Below, piece after piece: positions 1-7,895 of a stretch of 64,000 bases of DNA. The stretch spans positions 32,001 to 96,000 of the forward strand of contig JAVKHQ010000004.1 in NCBI GenBank assembly GCA_031459875.1. Reading direction: 5' to 3'. Source of the stretch: Candidatus Fervidifonticultor sextus. GTDB lineage: Bacteria > Sysuimicrobiota > Sysuimicrobiia > Sysuimicrobiales > Humicultoraceae. Both the position numbers and the translations under genes were made by a program. The first letter of the stretch is position 1, and each line of letters begins with the position of its first letter. The notes below the pieces were generated by a model, which was given only the letters and a program-made list of their open reading frames with translations, did not search any database and was not told the DNA's origin.

Positions 1-403
1 CCAGCGGGTCCGACAACACCAGGTCGGCCCCAAAGGCGCGCATGATGCCCTTGCGTTCCTCGCTGGCATGGCCCGGCACCACCAGCGTCACCCGGTAACC
101 CTTGACCGCGCCGATCATGGCGTAGGCGATCCCCGCGTTCCCGCTGGTGGAGTCCAGGATCGTGCGGGGGGTCCTCCCCGGGCCGGGAAGCCGGCCGTCG
201 CGCTCGGCGTCCTCGATGATGCGCAGGACCGGGCGGTCCTTCACCGATCCGCCAGGATTGAAACTCTCCAGTTTCGCATAGAGTTCCACCTGAGCGGGGA
301 GGTTTCCGATGCGGCGGATCGGGACGAGCGGGGTGTTGCCAATGAGCGCCAGCAGACCCGTCCCGATCGGTGCAGACGGCCCCGGCATCATGCGGTAGGC
401 CAT
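1..403 (-). CDS. cysM: PLP-dependent cysteine synthase family protein (CysM-like, probable O-phosphoserine sulfhydrylase); 5' part only, runs off the window
   Basis: Manual translation from ATG at 403 gives MAYRMMPG...IGNTPLV...YAKLESFNPGGSVKDR...DSTSGNAGIAYAMIGAVKGY...ASEERKGIMRAFGADLVLSDP. It has the PLP-lysine SVKDR and TSGN motifs, and a TGATG overlap with the upstream gene. Confidence 0.92.
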   Translation of the reverse strand, partial: MAYRMMPGPSAPIGTGLLALIGNTPLVPIRRIGNLPAQVELYAKLESFNPGGSVKDRPVLRIIEDAERDGRLPGPGRTPRTILDSTSGNAGIAYAMIGAVKGYRVTLVVPGHASEERKGIMRAFGADLVLSDPL

Positions 404-1254
404 CACTCGTCGTAGAGGACCGTGGGTTCCGGGTAGTGGCGGACGCGGTGTTCCAGCAGCCGCGCGCGGATCACCTGATCGAAACGCGCCTGTTTCACGG
501 CGGTTGGCTCGGGACCGGCCAGTAGCGCCAGATCCACATTCACCCGCAGGGCGCGCTGAGGGATGATGTGGCGGCTGATGCCGCTGGGAAGTTTGACCGG
601 GAGGCGCGCGATCGCGCGGATGTCGGCCTTGGTAAACCTCGGGAACAGCACGAGGGCCGCGGCCCGGCCGTACTCCTCGGCCAGCGCATGGAGGTCGGCA
701 GATGGAACCCGGTAGATCGGCGTCCGGCCGACATACCGGGCGACCACCTCGCCCAGCGCCCGGACGCGGTCGGCAAACTCGCCGGCGACGCGCAGACCCC
801 GAGCCGCCGCCGCGGTCACCAGGCCGCAGACGAGGGTGCCGTGCTCCAACTCCTCGCGCACGGCCTCTGGCGGCATCGTCTGCCACTGCGCCCCCACCAT
901 CGCGTCACCCGCCACGAGCAGCCCGTCATCTTGCAACAGGTGGGCCCAGACATCCAGGCGGACCGCCTGATCGTCGTAGTCGACCACCTGGACGGCCTGA
1001 TGGGGGAGGCCGGCCTGCTGGAGGGCGGTGACGCGATTGGCGCCGTCCAGCACGACAAATGTCTGGGCATCCATCGGCGCCACAATGGGGGGATTGCGGA
1101 GGACGCCGTCGGCCGTCAGCGCCTTCGCCAGCCGCTCCACCCGGGCGGGGTCGCATGCTTCGTGGAGCAGCAGTGCTCCCGACGGCACGATGCGCAGGTC
1201 GGGCAGGCGCACGCCGCTGGCGACGCGCGCCTGATGGGGCTGCACCCGCGTCAT
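403..1254 (-). CDS. ParB/Srx-fold protein, SbnI/SerK-like free L-serine kinase
   Basis: LLHE..DP.R...L...L..DGVLRNPPIV...FVVLDGANR at the N-terminus, W-x-H after the ParB core, LPSGISRH.I..R.L.V.V.L.LL, and a C-terminal R.Y.E...L..E. This follows the layout of staphylococcal SbnI as I recall it. Confidence 0.72.
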   Translation of the reverse strand: MTRVQPHQARVASGVRLPDLRIVPSGALLLHEACDPARVERLAKALTADGVLRNPPIVAPMDAQTFVVLDGANRVTALQQAGLPHQAVQVVDYDDQAVRLDVWAHLLQDDGLLVAGDAMVGAQWQTMPPEAVREELEHGTLVCGLVTAAAARGLRVAGEFADRVRALGEVVARYVGRTPIYRVPSADLHALAEEYGRAAALVLFPRFTKADIRAIARLPVKLPSGISRHIIPQRALRVNVDLALLAGPEPTAVKQARFDQVIRARLLEHRVRHYPEPTVLYDE

Positions 1255-1547
1255 GGTCTCGGCCGGGCTGCAGCGATGCCGCCGGCCATGGCAGGGAGGA
1301 TGGCCACCTCGTCGGCAGGTGCCAGGGGCGTCTGCAACCCGTCGCGCTGGCGGATCTCCGTGGAATTGACAAAGACGTTGACGTAGGTGCGCAGCGATCC
1401 GGATTCGTCGAGCAGGTAGCTGCGCACGCCCGGGTGGGCGGCGTCGAGCCGGTCCAGCAACTCGCCGACCGTCGCCGCGTCGACCTGGAGGCGGGCCTGC
1501 CCGCCCGTCAGGCGCCGCAGCGGTGCGGGAATCAGCACGATCGCCAT
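1251..1547 (-). CDS. Ubiquitin-like sulfur carrier protein (MoaD/ThiS/CysO family) with an 8-aa tail after the Gly-Gly
   Basis: MAIVLIPAPLRRLTGGQ...TVGELLDRLDAAHPG...LRTYVNVFVN..EIR..DGLQTPLAPADEVAILPAMAGG-IAAARPRP. True start is the ATG at 1547. Confidence 0.9.
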   Translation of the reverse strand: MAIVLIPAPLRRLTGGQARLQVDAATVGELLDRLDAAHPGVRSYLLDESGSLRTYVNVFVNSTEIRQRDGLQTPLAPADEVAILPAMAGGIAAARPRP

Positions 1548-1551
1548 GACG

Positions 1552-2280
1552 CTACGCCCCGGCCGACACCTGCTCCCGGGAGGCGGCCTCGACCGCCGAC
1601 AGCGCGGCGGCGACCGCCGGGAGGGACATGCGCTCCAGCGAAATTCGAAACGCGGCGGCGAACCGGGCCGCATACGCGCGGCGGACCTCGCCCAGGTCCA
1701 CGGCCCGACCCAGGACGGCGGCCATGGAGGTCACCGGCAGGCCGAGCCCGCACGGGTTGATCACGCGGTAGGCGTCGAGATCGGTGGTCACGTTCAGCGC
1801 GAACCCGTGCATCGTGACGCGGCGCTTGACGGCCACGCCCATCGCGGCGATCTTGGCGTCCCCCACCCAGACGCCGGGGTACCCCGGCCGCCGGCCGGCA
1901 GTGATGCCGAACCCGGCCAGGGTGTCGATTACCGTGCCTTCGAGGGTCCGCATGAACCGTCCGATGTCTTCGTCCAGACGGCAAAGATCCAGGATGGGAT
2001 AGCCGACCAGTTGCCCCGGCCCGTGGTAGGTCACGCTGCCGCCGCGCTCGACGTCGTACACTTCGATCCCCCAGTCGGCGAGCCGCTCGCGCGGGACCAG
2101 GAGGTGGGCGTCCTCCGCGCTGCGGCCCAGGGTGAGGACGGGCGCATGCTCCAGCAGGATGAGGACATCAGGAATGCGGTCGGCCTGCCGGGCCCGCACC
2201 AGCGCGCGCTGCAGGGCCCAGATCTCCGCATAGGGGCGGGGGCCGTCGTCCAGGTCGAGCAGCCAGGCCACGGACCTCAT
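1552..2280 (-). CDS. lipB: Lipoyl(octanoyl) transferase
   Basis: LLEHAPVLTLGR, ERGGSVTYHGPGQLVGYPI, KIAAMGVAV, HGFALNV, INPCGL. Confidence 0.95.
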   Translation of the reverse strand: MRSVAWLLDLDDGPRPYAEIWALQRALVRARQADRIPDVLILLEHAPVLTLGRSAEDAHLLVPRERLADWGIEVYDVERGGSVTYHGPGQLVGYPILDLCRLDEDIGRFMRTLEGTVIDTLAGFGITAGRRPGYPGVWVGDAKIAAMGVAVKRRVTMHGFALNVTTDLDAYRVINPCGLGLPVTSMAAVLGRAVDLGEVRRAYAARFAAAFRISLERMSLPAVAAALSAVEAASREQVSAGA

Positions 2281-3422
2281 GGCACCACCGTCTGGGCGCC
2301 TCCTGCCACCGGCACGGGACGTGGATCGTCCGCCCCGTCCTCTTCTGCGGGTACGGCCAGGCCGTCGCGGAAGCAGGCCAGCGGGTGACCGGGCACGATG
2401 CGCACGGCCACGCGGTCCCCGGGACCAAGGGTCGCCGTGTGGGGCTGCCGGCTGTGGACCACCCGGCCCGAGGGCAACTGCACCCGGTAGATGATCTCCG
2501 GACCGAGGAACAGCCGATCCAGGACCAGCCCCTGGCCGTCCGATGCGGGGGCGATGGCCACGTCGTCGGGCCGGACCAGCAGTTCGACGTCACCGTCGCC
2601 GCTGCCTTCCTGCAGCGCCAGCCGCTGCGGGACCAAGCCGGCCTCGGTCTCCAGGCCGCGCCGGGTCACGCGGGCCGGCAGGAAGTCGGCCCGCCCGAAG
2701 AAGGCGGCCACGAACCGCGTCCTCGGGGCATGGAAGATTCGCTCCGGGGTATCGACCTGCTCCAGGCGGCCCCGGTTGATGACGGCGACCCGGTCCCCAA
2801 GCAGCAGGGCTTCTTCCTGATCGTGCGTGACGAAGATCGCGCTCGTCCCGGTCGTCTTGAGGATGGCCCGGACATCCTGGCGCACCTGGCCGCGCAGGTC
2901 GGCATCCAGATTGGAGAACGGCTCGTCGAGCAGCACGGCGAAGGGCCGGGGCGCCAGCGCCCTGGCCAGCGCGACCCGCTGCTGCTGCCCCCCGGAGAGT
3001 TCGTGGGGATAGCGGGCCGCGAAGGCCTCCATGCCCACCAGGCGGAGGACCTCCTCCGTCCGCGGCGCGCGTTCCATCTGGAGCAGGCAGTGGAGTCCGA
3101 AGGCCACGTTCTCCGCCACCGTCAGGTGCGGGAACAGGGCGTAGTCCTGGAAGACCATCCCCACGCCCCGCGCTTCCGGCGGGATCCACTCGCCGCCGGC
3201 CACCTGGCGCCCGGCGATCCAGATCTGCCCGGCGTCGGGCCGCTCGAACCCGGCCACCAGCCGCAGCACGGTCGTCTTGCCGCTGCCGCTGGGGCCGAGC
3301 AGCGCCAGGATCTCGCCCTCGTCCACCTCGAGGGACAATTGGTCCACCGCCGGTGTACCGTCGAAGCGGCGCACGACCCCGCGCAAGACCACGACCGGCC
3401 GCCGGGACGTCTGCACGGTCAT
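2277..3422 (-). CDS. fbpC: Fe3+-type ABC transporter ATP-binding protein with C-terminal TOBE domain
   Basis: GPSGSGKTT, VFQDYALFPHL, LSGGQQQRVALARAL, LLDEPFSNLD, VTHDQEEA. Confidence 0.88.
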   Translation of the reverse strand: MTVQTSRRPVVVLRGVVRRFDGTPAVDQLSLEVDEGEILALLGPSGSGKTTVLRLVAGFERPDAGQIWIAGRQVAGGEWIPPEARGVGMVFQDYALFPHLTVAENVAFGLHCLLQMERAPRTEEVLRLVGMEAFAARYPHELSGGQQQRVALARALAPRPFAVLLDEPFSNLDADLRGQVRQDVRAILKTTGTSAIFVTHDQEEALLLGDRVAVINRGRLEQVDTPERIFHAPRTRFVAAFFGRADFLPARVTRRGLETEAGLVPQRLALQEGSGDGDVELLVRPDDVAIAPASDGQGLVLDRLFLGPEIIYRVQLPSGRVVHSRQPHTATLGPGDRVAVRIVPGHPLACFRDGLAVPAEEDGADDPRPVPVAGGAQTVVP

Positions 3423-5053
3423 GCGACCTCCAGTCCCCTGGCCCGCTCGCTGCGGAGCAGCATGGCCAGGGGCAACGCGGCGCAGGCAATCAGCAGCAGA
3501 CTCGGGAGCGCCGCCTGCGTGTAGATGCCGTCGGTGGCCGACAGCCAGGTCCGCACGGGAAGCGTATCAAAGCCGGCAGGCCGCAACAAGAGATTGATCG
3601 GGAGGTCCTTGAGCACGTTGAGGAAGACCAGGGCCCACCCGGCGATCACGCTGGGGCGCAACAGCGGCAGGTCCACGCGCAGGAAGGCCCGCACCGGGCG
3701 CTCGCCCAGACCCCGCGCCGCTTCGCCCAGCCGCTGCGGGATCTGCAGAAGGCCGGTCTCCACCGCCCGCAGTCCCTGGGCCATGTAGCGCACCATGAAG
3801 GCGCCGATCATGACCGGCAGGGTGCCGTACAGCCACGGCGCCACCGTGTTGGTCAAAAACGCCACTCCCAGGACGATGACGATCCCCGGCAGCGCATAGC
3901 CGGCCTGTCCCAGGGCCCAGATGGCCCAGGCCGGCCAGCCCGGCGACCGGACGCGCAGGTAGGCCGGCGGGACGGCCAGGCCCACGATGACCGTGGACGC
4001 CAGCACCCCCAGCAGCAGGCTCTCGCCGGCGGCCTTCCACGGGCTGGGCGTGCTCGCTGCCCACAGCCGCTCCGCGCCGGATGGACGCACCGCGCCGGCG
4101 TACGCCCAGCTCCCCAGCAGGATCACCGGGAGGACGAGGGCCAGGACGACGGCCGCCGCGACCGTGGCCAGCGCTGCGAGGCGGTAGCGACCGAGCCGGA
4201 CCGCCTCCGGCGGCCTCCACGACGCATCGCTCTGGTGGTATCGGGCGCGGCCGCGCAGCCGGGCTTCCAGCGCCAGGAACGCCAGGACCAGCAGGATGGC
4301 CGCCGTCCCCAGGGCGGCCGCCGCCGGACGCCGGTAGAACGCGGTGAGCTGGTAGTACAACTCGGTCGCCAGCGTGTCGTACCGCAGCAGCACCACGGTG
4401 CCGAAATCGGCCAGCGCGTACAGCGCGGGGAAGAACAGGCCGGCGCCGATCGCCGGTCGGATCAGCGGCAGCGTCACCGTCCAGAAGATCCGCCCCGACG
4501 ACAGCCCGCTGGCTCGGGCGACCTCGTCCAGGCTGCGGCTGACCCGCCGCAGCGCCGCCGAGGTGAGCAGGAAGCTGTAGGGGTACGTGTAGAGGGCGAT
4601 GACGAAGGCGGAACCGGTCAGGCCGTGGGGCGGCAGGGCCAGGCCGATCAGGCGATCGAGGATCCCACCCCGGCTCAGCAGGTGCAGGTAGACGATGGCG
4701 CCGATGTAGGGCGGAATGGCCAGCGGCAGCGCGAGGGCGATCCTCCAGGCGGCGCGCCACGGCAGGTCCGTCCGCTCCACGAGAAACGCGAGCCCCGCGC
4801 CCATCGCGGCGGAGCCGACGCTGGAGACCGCGGCCAGCGCCAGTGTCGAGACCAGGAGGGTCATCGTCTGCGAGCCGGACAGGGTGAGCAGGGTCTCGCG
4901 GCCGTCCAGCAGCGCGCGGGCCACGAGGAAAACCATGGGGCCGGCGATCACCGCGGCCACCGCAGCCGACGGTACCAGCAGGGCCCACGGCACCGGCCGG
5001 CGGCCGGACCGCCACAGCGCACGGACGGCGATGCTGGCGCTACCTGAACGCAC
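3419..5053 (-). CDS. fbpB: Fe3+-type ABC transporter permease with two EAA modules; start uncertain (GTG 5053 or ATC 5032)
   Basis: ERTDLPWR, LPLAIPPYIGA, YPYSFL, DEVARASG and EAARGLG loops, LLRPAGFDTL. Confidence 0.88.
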   Translation of the reverse strand: MRSGSASIAVRALWRSGRRPVPWALLVPSAAVAAVIAGPMVFLVARALLDGRETLLTLSGSQTMTLLVSTLALAAVSSVGSAAMGAGLAFLVERTDLPWRAAWRIALALPLAIPPYIGAIVYLHLLSRGGILDRLIGLALPPHGLTGSAFVIALYTYPYSFLLTSAALRRVSRSLDEVARASGLSSGRIFWTVTLPLIRPAIGAGLFFPALYALADFGTVVLLRYDTLATELYYQLTAFYRRPAAAALGTAAILLVLAFLALEARLRGRARYHQSDASWRPPEAVRLGRYRLAALATVAAAVVLALVLPVILLGSWAYAGAVRPSGAERLWAASTPSPWKAAGESLLLGVLASTVIVGLAVPPAYLRVRSPGWPAWAIWALGQAGYALPGIVIVLGVAFLTNTVAPWLYGTLPVMIGAFMVRYMAQGLRAVETGLLQIPQRLGEAARGLGERPVRAFLRVDLPLLRPSVIAGWALVFLNVLKDLPINLLLRPAGFDTLPVRTWLSATDGIYTQAALPSLLLIACAALPLAMLLRSERARGLEVA

Positions 5054-6098
5054 CCTCGCGGATCAACCGGAGCGTCCCGTCGCGGAGTTCACCCAACTGC
5101 TGGTAGGTGACCGCCATGCGCTTCACGCGATCCAGCGGCCGCACATCGGGGTGCAGCGGCACGCCCGGGAGGATCGGATACTCGAAGTTGGCCATCGCGT
5201 AGAACTCCTGGGCGCGCCGGTCGCCGGCCAGGAAGTCTATAAACCGCCTGGCCATCGCCGGATTGGGGGCACCCATGACGATGGCGATCCCCGACGGCGA
5301 GACCAGAACGCCCATCCCGTCCGGTCCCTGGTCTGGGTAGACGACCTCAAGATTCCGGCTGCCCTCGGCGATCTGGAGGTGGTAGTAGTAGTGGTTGGCG
5401 ATCCCGACCGCGGCCTCACCGCGGGCCACGGCCTGACGCACCTGCGTCCCGCTGGCGACCAGGGTGGGACGGTTGTCCCGGAGGCGCCGGAAGAACTCTT
5501 CCGTCCAGCCGTCGCCCCGCACCAGCCGCAATGCCGACAGCCAGGCGACGATGTACTCGTTGGTGAAGACGGGCATGACCACGCGGCCGCGCCAGGGTGG
5601 TGCGGCCAGGTCCGCCATGGAAGCCGGCACCGGCAGTCCCCACTCCGACAGGCGCTCGCGATTCGCCATGATCACGTGCGCGCGCAGCGAGAGGCCGATC
5701 CAGGTGCCATCGTGGGCCCGGAACTCGCGGGGGATCGCTCGGACGACCGCGCCCAGGTAGGGCTGGAGGACCCCCTCCCGCCTCAGCACCTCCAGGACCG
5801 ACACCTCGTTGGAAATGAGGACGTCGGCCCGCGGTCGTCCCCGTTCCTCCAGCACGAGGTTCGCCAGTTCCCCGATGCCGCCGGAGCGCACCGTGACCTG
5901 AATGCCGGTGGCCCGGCGGAACCGCTCGATCACCGGCAGGATCAGCGGCTCCCTCCGACCGGAGTACACCACCAGGGCCGGCGACTGGGCGGACGCCGGC
6001 ACGAGCGCTGTTGCGATGATCCCGCCCAGGAGGACGATGATCCCGTCCAGGAGGACCAGAATCGCCACCGCGCGGAGGAGCCGAGAATGCATCGCCAT
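5040..6098 (-). CDS. fbpA: Fe3+ ABC transporter substrate-binding protein (FbpA/FutA/IdiA-like)
   Basis: Signal peptide, LVVYSGRRE, TGIQV, ADVLIS, GIANHYYY (Tyr iron ligands), NFEYP. Confidence 0.88.
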   Translation of the reverse strand: MAMHSRLLRAVAILVLLDGIIVLLGGIIATALVPASAQSPALVVYSGRREPLILPVIERFRRATGIQVTVRSGGIGELANLVLEERGRPRADVLISNEVSVLEVLRREGVLQPYLGAVVRAIPREFRAHDGTWIGLSLRAHVIMANRERLSEWGLPVPASMADLAAPPWRGRVVMPVFTNEYIVAWLSALRLVRGDGWTEEFFRRLRDNRPTLVASGTQVRQAVARGEAAVGIANHYYYHLQIAEGSRNLEVVYPDQGPDGMGVLVSPSGIAIVMGAPNPAMARRFIDFLAGDRRAQEFYAMANFEYPILPGVPLHPDVRPLDRVKRMAVTYQQLGELRDGTLRLIREGAFR

Positions 6099-6141
6099 CT
6101 CCCCGAGGCCCGAGGCTCCGTGCCTTGTGGACCGTCGCCAG

Positions 6142-6178
6142 TTAGGCTATCCTTATTCCTGACTTAAGGCAATCCATT
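6142..6178. promoter_or_regulatory. Two tandem DtxR/SirR/IdeR-type operator boxes (TTAGG-N4-CCTAA-like)
   Basis: TTAGGCTATCCTTA (6142-6155) and TAAGGCAATCCATT (6165-6178) overlap the -10 and -35 of the fbpA promoter. A DtxR-family gene lies in the divergent operon. Confidence 0.62.
6144..6172 (-). promoter_or_regulatory. sigma70-type promoter of the fbpA operon: TTGCCT-N17-TAGCCT
   Basis: On the minus strand, -35 TTGCCT at 6172-6167, a 17-nt AT-rich spacer, and -10 TAGCCT at 6149-6144, about 45 nt upstream of fbpA. Confidence 0.65.
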
Positions 6179-6285
6179 CTCCGCCCGATGCGAGGCATCA
6201 CGCGGCACGGAGGGCCCCAATCGCCTGCAGGACGGCCCGGGGTCGGGCGGTCCTGACATAACGAACAATCGGTGTTAGATGCCAG

Positions 6286-6705
6286 ATGCAGCCAGCAGCC
6301 CCCACCCTTGAAGCCCACCTCCGACGGCACGGCCGGCGGATGACCCCCCAGCGGACCCTGATCTGCCGGCTGCTCGACGGCAATCGGGAGCACCCCTCCG
6401 CCGAGGCGCTGCACCGTCGGGCCAGCGCGCAGATGCCGACCCTCTCCCTCCGCACGGTCTATGCGATCCTCCACGATCTGGTCGAGATCGGTGCGATTCA
6501 GTCGCTGGACCTGGGGACCGGCAGCACCCGGTTCGACCCGGATCCGCGGCCGCACCACCACGCGGTGTGCACCCGCTGCGGCCAGGTCCGCGACATCTAC
6601 CTCCCGCTGGCGCCCGTTGAACTCCCCCCGGACCAGCGGAGAGGGTTTTGGGTTCGCAGCGTCGATCTGATCTTCAGGGGGATCTGCGGGGAGTGCCGGC
6701 GATGA
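6286..6705 (+). CDS. Fur/PerR family transcriptional regulator
   Basis: RMTPQR, HPSAE, SLRTVY, RFD...HHHAVCTRCG..RD, FRGICGEC. Confidence 0.93.
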   Translation: MQPAAPTLEAHLRRHGRRMTPQRTLICRLLDGNREHPSAEALHRRASAQMPTLSLRTVYAILHDLVEIGAIQSLDLGTGSTRFDPDPRPHHHAVCTRCGQVRDIYLPLAPVELPPDQRRGFWVRSVDLIFRGICGECRR

Positions 6706-7391
6706 CCGTCCACGATATCGCGAAAACCGAGCGCACCGAGATGTACCTGAAGGCGGTCTATTCCGTCTCCCAGTCTGCCCCGCCGGTCACGATCTCCAAG
6801 GTGGCCGAGTACATGGGGGTCTCGGCCCCGTCCTCCTATGAGATGCTCAAACGGCTCGAAGCGCAGGGCCTGCTGCAGTCCAGAGCCGATGAGGGATATC
6901 GGCTGACCCCCCAGGGCATGCAGACGGCGACCCGCGTCGTGCGGCGGCTCCGGCTGGCCGAACGGCTGCTGACCGACATCCTGCGCCTCCCCCTCCCCCG
7001 CGTCTATGCCGAGGCCTGCAAGATGGAGCACATCATCAGTCCCGAGGTCGAAGCCAGGCTGGAAGAGGTCCTGGGCCACCCGACCACCTGCCCCCACGGC
7101 CTGCCGATCCCGGACGGGAGCCCGGAGAGATCTGAGAACCTGCAGCGCCTGGACCAGCTCCGGGTGTGGGATCGGGTGGCGGTGGCCAGCATCCCCGAGG
7201 AAGACGAGGAGGTCGTCGCCCACCTGGTCGAAGTCGGCCTGCTGCCCGGAGTGCAGGTGCTGGTGCGGGAGGTCGCGCCGTTCGACGGCCCGATCACCGT
7301 GCAGGTGGCGCAGCAGATCCGGGCCATCGGCCGCGACGTCGCCCGCCGTGTCCGGGTGCGAACCGTCGAGCCGTCTCCCTCCCGCGCGTGA
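6702..7391 (+). CDS. DtxR/IdeR/MntR family metal-dependent repressor with C-terminal FeoA/SH3-like domain
   Basis: TEMYLKAVY, HTH, LAERLLTDIL, EACKMEHIIS, LGHPTTCPHGLPIP, GLLPG...PFDGPITV. ATG at 6702 overlaps the fur stop (ATGA). Confidence 0.93.
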   Translation: MTVHDIAKTERTEMYLKAVYSVSQSAPPVTISKVAEYMGVSAPSSYEMLKRLEAQGLLQSRADEGYRLTPQGMQTATRVVRRLRLAERLLTDILRLPLPRVYAEACKMEHIISPEVEARLEEVLGHPTTCPHGLPIPDGSPERSENLQRLDQLRVWDRVAVASIPEEDEEVVAHLVEVGLLPGVQVLVREVAPFDGPITVQVAQQIRAIGRDVARRVRVRTVEPSPSRA

Positions 7392-7406
7392 GAGCGCGGT
7401 GAGAGA

Positions 7407-7450
7407 CCGCCCTCCTACGTTTTCCGGTGCGGTCCGGAGACGGGGGGCGG
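7407..7450 (+). terminator. GC-rich stem-loop after the fur-dtxR operon
   Basis: CCGCCCTC..CGTTTTCCGG-TGCGGT-CCGGAGACG.GGGGGCGG; no U-tract. Confidence 0.4.
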
Positions 7451-7561
7451 CGGGCGCAGCCGCGGCGTCGCAGGTCGCGCCGTCCCCCGGGGGATCCGGC
7501 CGCCGTGTCCCCACAGGAATCCTGTCACCTGCGTCAGAAGTCTTCTCACATCAGACTCACC

Positions 7562-7729
7562 ATGCAGGCCCGGCCCGACGCAACGATCGCGGTGAGCCGA
7601 GGAAGTGGCGAAACGGCGGACGGCGTGGCCACCCAGACCTACCAGATCACGGTCACCGCTCAGGGAACCCAGTCGCGGCAGAAGCAACAACCCGCCCTGT
7701 TAGGGAAAGACGGCACTTCACGTGATTGA
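7562..7729 (+). other. Small ORF or gene remnant resembling the end of an Ig/cadherin-like beta-sandwich
   Basis: MQARPDATIAV...ETADGVATQTYQITVTAQG; the core segment has coding-like GC3 bias; no clear RBS. Confidence 0.25.
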
Positions 7730-7895
7730 CTTTTCCCCTGGGCGCAGGTGAGCATGCGACGTGTCGTTCGTGCTGTCCGCCTCCATCTTGCATGTTGCGG
7801 CAGAAATGGGTAAATAGATAGGTCGGGCACCCAAGGACTGCAGGGTGGCAGAGTCGCGATCCCAGGGAGAGCATCAGACGCCCGGAGGTGTCGGC

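Noticed and set aside
403..1254. ParB partitioning protein or a ParB-linked defence/DNA-modification system
   Set aside because: No HTH, no parA or nuclease neighbours; the C-terminal half matches the SbnI-type kinase layout.
7392..7730. tmRNA, RNase P RNA or riboswitch in the large intergenic gap
   Set aside because: I could not find a tRNA-like acceptor or T-arm, the RNase P GAGGAAAGUCC core, or any riboswitch consensus by eye; an Rfam scan would settle it.
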